Position numbers and translations under genes: made by a program. Positions 45,336-59,301 of a stretch of 64,000 nt of DNA are shown one piece after another. Source of the DNA: Phyllobates terribilis (lineage: Eukaryota); the NCBI RefSeq assembly GCF_046119375.1, contig NW_027362769.1:366482001-366546000 (forward strand), in the 5' to 3' direction. The number at the start of each line of letters is the position of its first letter. Within the stretch, counting starts at the first letter, position 1. The notes under the pieces are model-generated. The model saw only the letters and a program-made list of their open reading frames with translations, had not been told where the DNA came from and ran no database searches.

Positions 45336-45718
45336 TCACTTGCTCTTGCTCGCCTTGCTGCTCTCGGTCTTCTTGGGCAGCAGCACGGCCTGGATGTTGG
45401 GCAGGACGCCTCCCTGGGCAATGGTCACCCCACCCAGCAGCCTGTTGAGCTCCTCGTCATTGCGCACCGCCAGCTGCAGGTGACGGGGGATGATGCGGGT
45501 CTTCTTGTTGTCCCGGGCAGCATTGCCGGCCAATTCCAGGATCTTAGCAGTCAGATACTCCAGCACAGCGGCCAGATAGACCGGAGCGCCGGCGCCGACT
45601 CTCTCGGCATAATTGCCCTTGCGGAGAAGCCTGTGCACACGGCCGACTGGGAACTGGAGTCCTGCCCGGGATGAGCGGGTCTTTGCCTTAGCACGGACTT
45701 TGCCTCCTTGTTTGCCGC
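45336..45718 (-). pseudogene. H2A: Histone H2A lacking its promoter and first 10 nt; carries E61K
   Basis: Matches 58828-59210; ATGTCTGGAC is replaced by minisatellite; LTAKILE vs LTAEILE. Confidence 0.92.
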
Positions 45719-46426
45719 TGACAGGAGCCCATAGATTCTCCTGCCTCCAATAATATATACCTGACATGAGCCCATACATATCAGACTCTCGCCGACCGTG
45801 GAAACCTTCAAAAGGAACCTGAAGACCCACCTCTTCCGACAAGCCTACAACCTGCAGTAAACACCACTGCACGACCAGCTCTACCCTCACCTACTGTATC
45901 CTCACCCATCCCTCGTAGACTGTGAGCCCTCGCGGGCAGGGTCCTCGCTCCTCCTGTACCAGTCGCTGACTCGTTTTGTTAAGATTATGTAAATGCTTTT
46001 GTTATGTATATCCCTATCACATGTAAAGCGCCATGGAATAAATGGCGCTATAATAATAAATAATAATAATAATAATAATAATACATTCTGCTGCCTCCAA
46101 TAATATATACCTGACAGGAGCCCATAGATTCTGCTGCCTCCAATAATATATACCTGACAGGAGCCCATAGATTCTGCTGCCTCCAATAATATATACCTGA
46201 CAGGAGCCCATAGATTCTGCTGCCTCCAATAATATATACCTGACAGGAGCCCATAGATTCTGCTGCCTGCAATAATATATACCTGATAGGAGCCCATACA
46301 TTCTCCTGCCTCCAATAGTATATACCTGACAGGACCCATAGATTCTGCTGCCTCCAATAATATATACCCGACAGGAGCCCATAGATTCTGCTGCCTCCAA
46401 TAATATATACCTGACAGGAGCCCTTA
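45719..46426. repeat. 43-bp minisatellite (about 9 units) interrupted by an L2 fragment
   Basis: ACAGGAGCCCATAGATTCTGCTGCCTCCAATAATATATACCTG repeated. Confidence 0.92.
45781..46082 (+). mobile_element. 5'-truncated L2-clade LINE 3' end
   Basis: [22 protein letters not shown]2 tail, 3' stem-loop AGCGCCAT-GGAATAA-ATGGCGCT, (AAT)n tail. Confidence 0.8.
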
Positions 46427-46652
46427 GATGGCAGGTGGCGCTATTAACATAGTAACATAGTTTGTAAAGCCGAATAAAGACTTGCGTCCATCAAGTTCGA
46501 CCTGTTAGTTCTGTAATTGCTAAAGTTGATCCAGAGGAGGGCAAAAACCCCAAATGATTTGGCCAATCTTCACCTGAGGAAAAATTCCCTCCCGACTCTG
46601 AAACCAGCAGTCAGAATAAATCCCTGTATCAACCTACTATTTTATTTTATTT

Positions 46653-49554
46653 TTAAGTATATGCTGAAATCTGCCTGGTATCTAGAAAAGCATCCAGTCC
46701 CCGCTTGAACTGGTGTAGTGAATCCGACATTACCGTCTCCTCACTCAGTGAATTCCATAGTCTCACTGCTCTTACCGTAAAGAACCCCTTCCTATGCTGG
46801 TGCTGAAACCTTTTCTCTTCCAGTCTTAGTGAGTGCCCTCTTGTTACCGTAATATCCCTCCTTTTGAACAAATCTCGGGCAAGATCTCTATACTGTCCCC
46901 TAACATATTTGTACACATTTATTATGTCCCCCCTCAACCTTCTCTTTTCCAGGCTGAATAGTCCTAGTTTTGCCAACCTCTCTGGGTATTGCAGTCCCTC
47001 CATTCCCTTTATTAATTTTGTTGCCCTCCTTTGTACCTTTTCAAGCTCATTTATATCCTTTCTATATATTGGGGCCCATAACTGAGCACAGTATTCCAAG
47101 TTTGGTTTGACCAGTGCTTTGTACAGTGGAAGAACAATGTTCTCATCCTTTGCAGCTATACCTCTTCTGATACATCCCATTACCCTGTTTGCCCTTACAG
47201 TAGCGGCCTGACTTTGGGCACTCCAATTTAGTTTGCTATCAACCAAGATGCCCAAGTCCTTCTCCATCTCTGAATTCCCCAATGATTTCCCATTCAGTGA
47301 GTACTGGTGACTTCCATTTTTCCTTCCCATATGTATGACCTTACATTTCTCCTCGTTAAACCTCATTTGCCATTTAATGCTCCACCTACCCAGCTTATCC
47401 AAATCCCTCTGTAGGTCTGCACTATCCTCTTTTGTATTAATTGTTTTACATAACTTTGTGTCATCTGCAAATATTGACATTTTACTATTTATCCCGTTGA
47501 CTATGTCGTTAATAAAGATATTAAATAACATTGGGCCTAGTACAGACCCCTGTGGTACCCCACTAGTGACGCTTACCCAATCTGAGTATATTCCATTTAT
47601 AACCACCCTCTGCCTTCTATCCTTTAGCCAGTTCGCTACCCACTTGCAGACATTTTCCCCCAGCCCCATCATTCTCATTTTGTATACCAACCTATTATGT
47701 GGCACGCTATCGAACGCTTTTGAGAAGTCGAGATACACGACATCCACTGGTTCCCCCTGATCTACTCGAGAGCTAACCTCCTCGTAGAAGTCAATCAGGT
47801 TTGTTTGGCAGGAGCGATTCCTCATGAATCCATGTTGGTTCGGGATTAAAAGATTATTAGCATCAAGATGCTCCGTAATTGCCTCTTTAATGAAGCTTTC
47901 AAAAATTTTGCCCACAACGGACGTCAGACTCACCGGCCGATAGTTTCCGGCGTCACTTTTCGCTCCCTTTTTGAATATTGGCACTACATTCGCCTATCGC
48001 CAATCAAGTGGTACAGACCCAGTCTCAACAGAGTCCTTAAATATAAGATATAACGGTCTGTCTATCACATTACTTATTTCCCTCAGTACCCGTGGGTGTA
48101 TGCCATCAGGTCCTGGTGATTTGTTTATTTTAATGTTACTGAGGCGTTTCTGTACCTCAACTTGGGTTAGATTAGTCATACTTAGTGGAGGATTAAGCTT
48201 GTCACTTCTCATTTCTCCTGTTAGTTCTATTTCCTTTGTGAAAGTTGTCGAAAAAAAATTATTTAATAGATTAGCTTTATCCTCATCTTTCTCTATGATT
48301 TTGCCTTCCTCACTTTTTATCGGTCCAATATTATCCGATTTAATCCTTTTACTATTTCTATACGTAAAGAACAGTTTGGGATTTGATCTACTTTCCCTAG
48401 CAATACGTCTCTCTGTTTCCTCCTTCGCTATTTTTATTTGTTTTTTTACAGGTTCTCGTTTTTTCCTTGTAACACATTAGTGCCTCCTTACTGTTTTCCT
48501 GTTTTAATCTCTTGAATGCCTCTTTTTTGCTATTTAACGCCCCTTTTACGTTCTTGTTCAACCATATTGGTTTCCTCTTATTTCTGGCCCTTTTATTCCC
48601 ATACGGTATATACCTCTCGCACTGAGAATTCAGAATTCTTTTGAAGGTTTCCCATTTACTATTCGTATTCCTTTGATTAAGAACTTTGTCCCAGTCTATA
48701 AGTTGAAGGCTTTCTTTCAGCTGATCAAACTTCGCCCTCCTAAAGTTTAATGTTTTTGTTGTTCCCTTATTGATAACCCTACTGAAGGGCATTTTGAAGT
48801 CGATAATATTATGGTCGCTATTACCTATGTGCCCCCCTTTCTGTACCTCAGTTATTCTATCAGGCCTATTAGTCAATATTAAGTCCAACACGGCCTTCCC
48901 TCTCGTTGGTTCCTGCACTTGTTGGGAGAGATAATTATCCTTAATATTTGTCAAGAACCTTTTACCTTTCTGAGATCTACAGGTTTCTGTTTCCCAGTCA
49001 ATATCCGGGTAGTTGAAATCCCCCATTACAATCACTTCATTATGTTTTGCTACTTTGTCTATTTGTCCTAATAGCAGATTCTCATTCTCCTCTGTTATAT
49101 TGGGTGGCTTATAGCAGACCCCCAGTAATATTTTATTATTATTTTTAGTTCCCTCTATCTCTACCCACATGGACTCGACCCCCTCTTCTCCCTCTCCTAT
49201 ATCTTCCCTTAGTCTGGGTTTTAGACATGACTTTACATATAAGCAGACTCCTCCGCCTTTCCCCTGTTTCCGGTCCCTTCTAAATAAACTATAATCTAAT
49301 AAATTTACCGCCCAGTCGTAGCTATCGTCTAGCCAAGTCTCTGTTATACCTACGATGTCATACCTCTCCTCCGATATAAGCGCCTGCAGCTCATCCGCCT
49401 TATTGGTCAGGCTTCTTGCGTTGGTCAGCATGCAAGATAAAACTTTGGGGTTATTTAGCATCCTATTCTTCTCTAACGATCTAACTGTACAATCCCCACC
49501 CCCCTCTCCACCCTCATTATATTCACTTCTCCCCTTCCCCCTTGCTTGCCTCAC
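46653..49554 (-). pseudogene. CR1 ORF2 (endonuclease-RT)
   Basis: TNARSL, GITETW, GDFNYP, LDLIL, SDH; +1 frameshift in the A-run near 48441-48447; CAG>TAG at 47994; FADD retained. Confidence 0.93.
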
Positions 49555-49592
49555 ATCCCACCTATTTCCTTGGTTCCCCCCCCCCCCCGTCT

Positions 49593-50599
49593 CTAGTTTA
49601 AAAACTCCTCCAACCTATTAGCCATCTTCTTCCCCAGCACCGCTGCACCCTCCCCATTGAGGTGCAGCCCGTCCCTACGGTAGAGCCTGTAGCCGACCGC
49701 GAAGTCGGCCCAGTTCTCCATGAACCCAAACCCTTCTGCCTTGCACCAACTCTTTAGCCACTTATTCACCTCCCTAACTTCCCGTTGGCGCTCCTGTGTG
49801 GCTCGCGGGATTGGTAGTATTTCTGAGAAAACTACCTTGGAGGTCCTTGCCCTAAGCTTCCTACCTAGGTCCCTGAAATCATTTTTAAGGACCCTCCATC
49901 TACCACTCACTTTGTCATTGGTGCCGATGTGGACCATGACCGCTGGGTCTTCGCCAGCCCCACCCAGTAACCTGTCAACCCGATCCGCGATGTGCCGGAC
50001 TCGAGCGCCAGGGAGGCAGCACACTGTTCGGCGATCCCGGTCTTTGTGACAGATTACCCTGTCTGTCCCCCTAATAATAGAGTCACCCACTACCAGAACC
50101 TGTCTTGCCTGCCCTACACTTCCCCACTCCCCCGGCGGTCAGAGGATCTGTCGTGCTCCAATAATGCCGGTTCTGAACCAGCCTTCCTATACTTCTTCCC
50201 TCTATCCCTCCTAACTGTTATCCAGCTCCCTGCCTGTTCAGCCTGCACTTCCCCTCTATGCTCCACCCCCAGTATTGACCCATTGAGTGTCTGCTCGGTG
50301 AGCAGCAAACTCCGTTCCATGTTGTCGATGCTCCTCAGTACCGCTATCTGAGCACTTAGATCCAGAATTTGGGCTTCCAAGTGCACGATATGCTCACATC
50401 TCTCGCAGCAGTATGGATCCTCGAGCGGTTGCTCACGGAATGCATACATTGCGCAAGATGTACACTGCACGGCTCCGGCCAACATGGACGTCATTCTAAA
50501 TATGGGGATACAGTCAGTATATATATACAAGTACAAAACACAATTATTTATATATAGGTGTATGGATGGGGATAAATTAGGGATGTGCAAGTGTATCAA
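49593..50599 (-). pseudogene. CR1 ORF1 (zinc finger plus SGNH esterase), frameshifted near 50100
   Basis: CTSCAMY...CCERCEH; GDSIIRG, VHIGTND, DGLHLN. Confidence 0.88.
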
Positions 50600-52140
50600 T
50601 TAGATATCGGCGGGGGATCAGTTAAGTATCAAGTATGGACGGGGGAATCAGATAAGTAGGTCAGTTGGATTAATTAAGTAAAAAGTAAAGTAAAGAAAGA
50701 ATGAAATACAGTCAACAATTCAGTCCTAAGTCCTCCCTTCCAAACTCCCAGAATCCAAAGTCACTGAAAAACAAGTCACACACTTACTTTCGTTCGCACT
50801 GACGCTCCGGACACACGCAGCTCGTTCACACTCGCAAACTGAGAGATTTAAAGAGTTTTTTTTTTTCTTCCTTTTCCAGCAATGTACCCTTCACCTCAAT
50901 GCACTTCCAAAGGACTTGATGTCCAACCAGCTGCCCCTTATAAACCCTTAATTATGACCCCTTCCCCTTAATTAACCCCTTGTGAGTAAATCTACACCTC
51001 AGGATTTTATTGCAATGTAGTTAACCCTTAAATACACAGGTAGTTACCTAAGAAACTAAAACTGTAGTGAGAAAATAGGTTTAAAAATGCCCAATAAATC
51101 TAAACAGGTAGAAAAGCACTCAGCAGGTCACAATGCAGCACTCACCGCAATTCACACAAGTATTTTCTGCAGGATTCCCAAATACCTCTTCACTGAAAAA
51201 CAAGTCACACACTTACTTTCGTTCGCACTTACGCTCCGGACACACGCAGCTCGTTCACACTCGCAAACTAAGAGATTTAAAGAGTTTTTTTTTTTTTTTC
51301 TTCCTTTTCCAGCAATGTACCCTCCACCTCAATGCACTTCCAAAGCTGATTAACGCTTTCTAGACCGATAGTGCGAAAACTATGATTGAGTTCCTTCACA
51401 GCTCTGATCCTCAGTAATTTTGAGCGAGTTGTCCTGTGTTCAGTGGCTTTTTACTCAACCACTTGCTCCCCAGAACAGATATTCTGGGGTCTCCTTTATA
51501 TATATTTATCTGTGTCACAGAAGAGAAGATCTCACAACTTTCTAGCCTTTTCTTACTAATTTTCCTCCTTCCGAAGTCCTAGATTCCTCTTTCATTGCCC
51601 CCATAAAGTATGACACCCCATAAAAGTGTACCCCAAACACAGTATGACACCCACAAGGGGAATGACTCCACATGCACAGTATAATGAAGCTATTGTACCC
51701 CACCTCAAATCCCAAGGCAAAGTTTGGTGACCCCAACACAGTATGATCCCCCAATTGTGACCGCCACACAGCCCTCCATACAGCATAATGGGCTTACATA
51801 CAGTATAATAGCCCCTACACAGCCCTCCAAACAGTATGATGGACCCCACACAAACCTTCACACCATATAATTGCTTTCATACAGTATAATCGCCCCCCAC
51901 ATAGGCCTCAAAATATTTAATGGCCCCATCTAGCCTTCCATATAGTATAATATGCCCTCCATAATCCTCCATATAGTATAATGAACTTCCCATGGTCCTC
52001 CATAGAATATAATGCACTTCCCTTAGTCCTCCATACAGTATATTACACAGCCCATAGGGTAAAATGCAGCCCCCATATAGTATAATGCACCCCACAGTCC
52101 TGCAATATTATGGGCACCACGTACTCACTGATTTTAAAAT

Positions 52141-52430
52141 ACTGTATATTTTAAAAAACCGACCTGAGTATAAGCCGAGGCCCCTAATTTTACCACAAAA
52201 AACTGGGAAAACGTATTGACTCGAGTATGCATGCCCCCCTCATCCCCCAATCCTGATATGCGTGGCCTCCTTATCCCCCAATTTTGGTATGCGCAGCCAC
52301 CTCATTCCCTAATCCTGGTATGCATGGCCTCCTTATCCCCCAATCCTGATATGTATGACCCCCTCATACCCCCATCCTGGTATGTGTGGCCTCATTATCT
52401 CCCAATCCTGGTATGCGTGGTCCCAGTTAT
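52141..52430. mobile_element. Possible Tc1/mariner (Tc2/pogo-like) non-autonomous element end, followed by a 35-bp minisatellite
   Basis: TACTGTATAT...GAGTATAAGCCGAGG...CTAATTTTACCACAAAAAACTGGGAAAAC...GACTCGAGTAT, recognised from memory only. Confidence 0.45.
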
Positions 52431-53074
52431 CTCACCGGAGATGTTTATGTGTTTGGTTGGGGGATGAGTCGCATTGTGAAGCTGGCGCCTTATCAGAGCT
52501 CTTCCCTCCATTACCTGCAGCAGCGTCACAGCTGCACACAGGGTCAGACACGATATTACACAGGTGATTGCAATCAGCCCCCTATGTGGATCATCTACTG
52601 ATGTGGATACGAGTTCATCCCCCAATACACTGCACATTCGGGGCGTACTTATATTACAGGTCAGGGAGGTGGCAGTCAGCGGAGGCCATCGCCTGTGTTA
52701 CCCTTCTGGGCTCTCAGCAGCTCCAGGTCGTCCCCACATCGTACAATCCGCTTCCTGTACGATGGATATTGTAGTAAAGATCCCTGTGATGGTGACAAGA
52801 GCCGGGAATAGGAGGAACGAGCTCCCGCAGCAGTTTTATCTTCCCGGATACACAGTGATGCGCAGATCGGGAGGACGGCGGCGATGATCCCGGGACCTCC
52901 TCTCGGCTCTTTCGCGGCATCTCTGCTGGTGACAGCTACAAACGGTCAGTGGAGATGATGGAGAAGAGGAAGCGACGGAGAAAGTGCGCTCTGCTGTCCG
53001 GTGTTAGCCGGTAAAGGGCTTTTATCCCGGGCAGGGAAGCACAAGAGGAAAGCGGAGCTCCACTCGGGATCAGC

Positions 53075-53200
53075 TAGAAGGAGGCGGGGCCTGTGCTCAG
53101 TGTCAGCGTCAGCCAATAGATGCTCAGGATGATGCAGCTCAGCAGCCAATCAGTGCGCAGTAAGCCTGTACATATAACAGGCGCCTCCAGGTCCGGCCTC
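53075..53200 (+). promoter_or_regulatory. H1 proximal promoter
   Basis: GC box GGAGGCGGGG, two CCAAT boxes (AGCCAATAGA, AGCCAATCAG), TACATATAA; duplicated at 42270-42390. Confidence 0.75.
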
Positions 53201-53252
53201 AGTGTTTTGTTTCCTATCAGGAGATATTTGTGTTCTAGTTCCGCAGCACACG

Positions 53253-53933
53253 ATGGCAGAGACCGCACCAGCCGTCACTCCCCCTCCCGCAGAACCGGCC
53301 GCCAAATCCAAGAAGCAGCCGAAGAAATCCGCCGCCGGGGGCTCCAAGAAAAGCAAGAAACCCTCCGGTCCCAGCGTCTCCGATCTGATCGTGAAAGCCG
53401 TGTCCGCCTCTAAGGAGCGCAGTGGGGTGTCTCTGGCCGCCCTGAAGAAGGCTCTGTCTGCCGGAGGATACGATGTAGAGAAGAACAACAGCCGCCTGAA
53501 GCTGGCCGTCAAGTCTCTGGTCATCAAGGGCGCCCTCCTCCAGGTGAAGGGCAGCGGCGCCTCCGGGTCCTTCAAGCTGAACAAGAAGCAGCAGGAGACT
53601 AAGGACAAAGCGGCCAGGAAGAAGTCAGCAGCTGCAGCCAAGCCCAAGAAGCCTGCTGCAGCCAAGCCCAAGAAGCCTGCTGCAGCCAAGAAAGCCGCCA
53701 AGTCTCCGAAGAAGCCCAAGAAGGCTCCGACCGCGGCCAAGAAGAGCCCGAAAAAGACCAAGAAGCCCGCAGCAGCAGCCAAGAGGGCGGCCAAGAGCCC
53801 CAAGAAGCCAAAGGCCGCTCCGAAGCCCAAGAAGGTGACGAAGAGTCCGGCTAAGAAAGTGGCCAAACCCAAAGCTGCCAAGAATCCTGCTAAGAAGGCA
53901 GCTAAAGCCAAGAAGCCCGCAGCTAAGAAATAA
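53253..53933 (+). CDS. H1: Linker histone H1 (226 aa)
   Basis: Globular domain [30 protein letters not shown]...[13 protein letters not shown]; K/A/P-rich tail with SPKK motifs; stem-loop downstream. Confidence 0.97.
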   Translation: MAETAPAVTPPPAEPAAKSKKQPKKSAAGGSKKSKKPSGPSVSDLIVKAVSASKERSGVSLAALKKALSAGGYDVEKNNSRLKLAVKSLVIKGALLQVKGSGASGSFKLNKKQQETKDKAARKKSAAAAKPKKPAAAKPKKPAAAKKAAKSPKKPKKAPTAAKKSPKKTKKPAAAAKRAAKSPKKPKAAPKPKKVTKSPAKKVAKPKAAKNPAKKAAKAKKPAAKK

Positions 53934-53964
53934 GCCAAAGCCGCCCTGTTAATTACCCCACAAA

Positions 53965-53980
53965 GGCTCTTTTCAGAGCC
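53965..53980 (+). terminator. Histone 3' stem-loop (H1)
   Basis: GGCTCTTTTCAGAGCC. Confidence 0.96.
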
Positions 53981-54572
53981 ACCACCTTGTTCCCTGCAGA
54001 GCTGTATGATCAGTGCCATCATCTTGTCCCCTTCAGAGCTGTATGATCAGTGCCACCACCTTGTCCCCTTCAGAGCTGTATCATCAGTGCCACCACCTTG
54101 TCCCCTTCAGAGCTGTATGATCAGAGCCACCACCTTGTCCCTGGCAGAGCTGTATGATCAGTGCCATCACCTTGTCCCCGGCAGAGCTGTATGATCAGTG
54201 CCATCACCTTGTCCCCGGCAGAGCTGTATGATCAGTGCCACCACCTTGTGCCCGGCAGAGCTGTATGATCAGTGCCACCACCTTGTCCCCTGCAGAGCTG
54301 TATGATCAGTGCCACCACCTTGTCCCCTTCAGAGCTGTATGATCAGTGCCACCACCTTGTCCCCTTCAGAGCTGTATGATCAGAGCCACCACCTTGTCCC
54401 TGGCAAAGCTGTATGATCAGTGCCACCACCTTGTCCCCGGCAGAGCTGTATGATCAGTGCCATCATCTTGTCCCCGGCAGAGCTGTATGATCAATGCCAT
54501 CATCTTGTCCCCGGCAGAGCTGTATGATCAGTGCCATCATCTTGTCCCCGGCAGAGCTGTATGATCAGTGCC
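53974..54572 (+). repeat. 16 x 37-bp minisatellite derived from the H1 3' processing signal
   Basis: Units start every 37 bp from 53974 to 54566; consensus CAG(A/T)GCCACCACCTTGTCCCC(TT/GG/TG)CAGAGCTGTATGAT; the first unit is the stem 3' arm, cleavage site and HDE. Confidence 0.93.
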
Positions 54573-55166
54573 CGTATATCCTGCCTCTTCTAGATTATAG
54601 TGTGTACAGGGAGCGGCTCCAGTGTTATAATGAATAAGCTTTTCCCCACATCTCCACATAGAGCTGCGCTGTGTCCCGATCACACCAGTGCAGGTGACCG
54701 ATCAGTGTAATCAATGGAGGGAAGGGGCCGATGTCCTACAGAAATCTACATCATCCTAATCAATCACCACTTGTAACCTGCATCTTTATTAGTGAAAGGA
54801 TTAGTGTGCGGTTATTACTTCGATGTGAGAATTGGAGAACCAGTGATTTGACTGATGATAGATTAGAGCCTGTACAGCTCCGTGTACTGGTGACATAGAA
54901 CAGTGACGACTGCGGCTCTTGCTGTAGAAGCCGCATGTAGACATGGTGTGACCCTGTGCCAGTATCCGCAGCCAGAAAAGAGTGTGAACAGAGACCCTGC
55001 CCCTCTTTATGAGGGCGGGATTACTGGGTGTTGGGTTGATTTCGTGAATAATGATTGGTCGCAGACATCACACGTGTTTTGGCGGCTCATGTTAATTTAT
55101 GAACTAGCCAATAGAGTTGTAGGGAGCGTGTTCACATGACGCGCTAACAGGAGCAGAGGAGTATAA

Positions 55167-55631
<465 letters not shown>

Positions 55632-55662
55632 ATCCGTCCTGCACGTCTGACTATAACACAAA

Positions 55663-55678
55663 GGCTCTTTTCAGAGCC
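55663..55678 (+). terminator. Histone 3' stem-loop (H3)
   Basis: GGCTCTTTTCAGAGCC. Confidence 0.96.
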
Positions 55679-57261
55679 ACCAAATCCTCCATAATATCGA
55701 GCTAATCCCTCACATCAGCTTCTCTGCCCTGATTATTGAATAATATCTTTATATAATCTATTAGGAGTCTGTACGGTGTTGTGAAGAAATCTAGAAAAAA
55801 TGCGCAGATTTCTTGGTGTATATGATGCGATCATTATAGGACGTCCATTATCCAGCGCTATCTCCTGTGAACACTCGCTGACTCCTATCAGCAGCACGGG
55901 TCTGATCCTGAAAACGCATCAGGATTAAGAGACTAATATCCTCTGCAGCTCTGTAGTAGGTTTATCTAGATAATATTAACCTACATTTTATAAAATCCCC
56001 ACCTCCTTCTTTCAAAGTTCTCTGTAAACTGCAGTATCTCGTTTCTTTATATTCCCGGCACTCGGAATATTGCTGGTGTGATGGAGTCACCATTGTTAGA
56101 ATCAGTTCTGCACTTTGTGTTTATAGAAAGCGGATACTGTTCCCTGGATCCTGGAAAATGATAGAAATTCCTGTATGGAACCAAGAGACCATTGATCGCT
56201 CAACACAAGCAAATTTCCTGATATCCGACAGTCCTGAAACTACGTGATACAGAAGGACAGAAAAAGCCTTCAGCCCCTGAGCGGGAACTTCCTATTCGGT
56301 AACTACTAACATTAGCTCCTCCCCTTCCTCTGCTGATTGGCTGAACACAGGACGTTAGGGAGTTTGAATTTCCCGCTCCTTGGAGTTTCCGCAGCTTCTA
56401 CATGTAATTGTGTTACTACTTCTGCTGTGAAGAGAAGTGTCCGGTCTATAGATAAAACTCCACTGACCACATTCATGTAATCACCTTCCAGATCACAGTG
56501 TATTCTCCATTGGATATGGGACCACTGGAATGAGAATCAATCAGCTGCTCAGTGATTTTGTTATTTATACGGTTCCTTTTTTATTTGACCTGAGCTGTTG
56601 TCATTATCTTCTACATGAAAATAACAAATGTTCTCTAAATGCAAATCTTCATATGAAGAAACAAGTGATATCTGAGTTTTATGATCTCTGACAATTACAA
56701 TACAAGTGTTATTAGGAGAAAGTAAATATTGTCATTTCTGATGAGCGGAAAATCCCAGTGGTGGCAAAATATTAAGTTTTATAATTCTGTTCCCAATTGA
56801 TAACAGTACTGTCCTGCCATTATCGTTTGCAGGAAGAGACCCTCTGTAAGCCAAACTGAGGGGATTCCCGGCTTATGAGCTGGTGTCAGTATCGGAGCAG
56901 TGCTGCTGACCGCGGCTTCCTCCCTGCACTGTCCTTAGAAGAGGCAATAATCCTGGCTGCCACAATCCTCCTCAAATCACCGCACCCCAAGAGCAATTCT
57001 ATCAGAAGTGACAAGCCCATCTTAGAAATGTTAGAGCTCAGTCAGGATCCTATAGATTAGTCGACGGGAGCAGCCAGAATGTCCCATGTAGATTGTACAG
57101 AATGCACGGGATGATGAGGGGAGTAGTAAGGTGCGGAAATGACCCTTCCTGGACATTAGTGAATAGCATGTTACGAATATGCTGGTATGATGGAAGTGGG
57201 GGTTAATCACTGTCAGTGCCGTTACAGGTATATTCAGCAGTGATCTGATGTTTCTATATGA

Positions 57262-57882
<621 letters not shown>

Positions 57883-57914
57883 TTGTATTCTCTGCTCCAT
57901 CCTGACAACCCAAA

Positions 57915-57930
57915 GGCTCTTTTCAGAGCC
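57915..57930 (+). terminator. Histone 3' stem-loop (H4)
   Basis: GGCTCTTTTCAGAGCC. Confidence 0.96.
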
Positions 57931-58777
57931 ACCACATCTTCTAGATGAGAGGCTACAATCTCTTGTTGGAGTAACAATCCCTGTGCTTGTGTGAATGCCA
58001 GTACAAGCTTTATACGCTGTTCATGAGTTAAAAATATTCACTCATTGATAACTGAGGATACTTGCACTGAAGGGATGAGTTTGTTGTGGTTGGAGTGATG
58101 TATAGTATTTGACGGGCTGATTGCGTTCCTTACAGCAATCTGTAGATATCCCGAGTTATGGAAGCAGTATCAGCTTTCTTTAATACAAGATACGCAACTG
58201 CTCCCATCAGTAGTGATGTTCCGAGTGCTGCTTACAGAATGGAAACATAAGATCCTGTGATTGAGGACGGGGCTTGTATCAGGCTCAGTGTATATGGAGG
58301 CCGCTGAAGGTTCATGACCTCACAAATGATTAGTGGAGAACCATCCTCTTTTCGATAAGAACCATTACCGTGTTCGGGGAAAGCTGCTCTGCGCTGTATT
58401 CTCAGAGGGGTAGAGCTGTGCTCAGACCGCATTGCTCAGATTGCGATCTCCGCTACAAGCAGAGGGGCGGGTAATAATCCGACGCACAAAGAAAGATTGC
58501 GCGGGAAACTCAAAACCACCAATTACAGACATCTCAGCAGGCGCCAACCAATACCAGATACAAGTGTTTTCTCCACCGTTTAACTCTCTATTAGCCGGGT
58601 CACTAAAATTAGTATCTGCGCTACAAAATATAGCAGGATCAACCTATTTAATGATTTACATTTCCGATCTATAGCAAATCATACAGTAGAACATAGAATA
58701 GATCGTGTTGTTCTCTCTATATAGTGTGGACCATCGCCTGCTATCAGCGGTGCCGGCTCTGATGAGGAGGATGTGGT

Positions 58778-58793
58778 GGCTCTTAGAAGAGCC
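58778..58793 (-). terminator. Histone 3' stem-loop (H2A)
   Basis: GGCTCTTCTAAGAGCC on minus strand. Confidence 0.95.
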
Positions 58794-58827
58794 TTTGGTT
58801 GTTCGGACAGATGTGGAGGAGCGGCGC

Positions 58828-59301
<474 letters not shown>

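Larger units (their letters stand above)
46446..51345 (-). mobile_element. Near full-length CR1 LINE, mutationally inactivated; 5' boundary uncertain
   Basis: ORF1 zinc finger and SGNH esterase, ORF2 APE endonuclease and RT, (ACTATGTT)2 tail. Confidence 0.93.

Noticed and set aside
45902-46400. Repetitive 127-151 aa ORFs
   Set aside because: Translations of the 43-bp minisatellite cycling through three frames.
53150-54022. 290-aa ORF antisense to H1
   Set aside because: Mirror of the Lys/Ala/Pro codon usage of H1; the same applies to antisense ORFs over H3, H4 and H2A.
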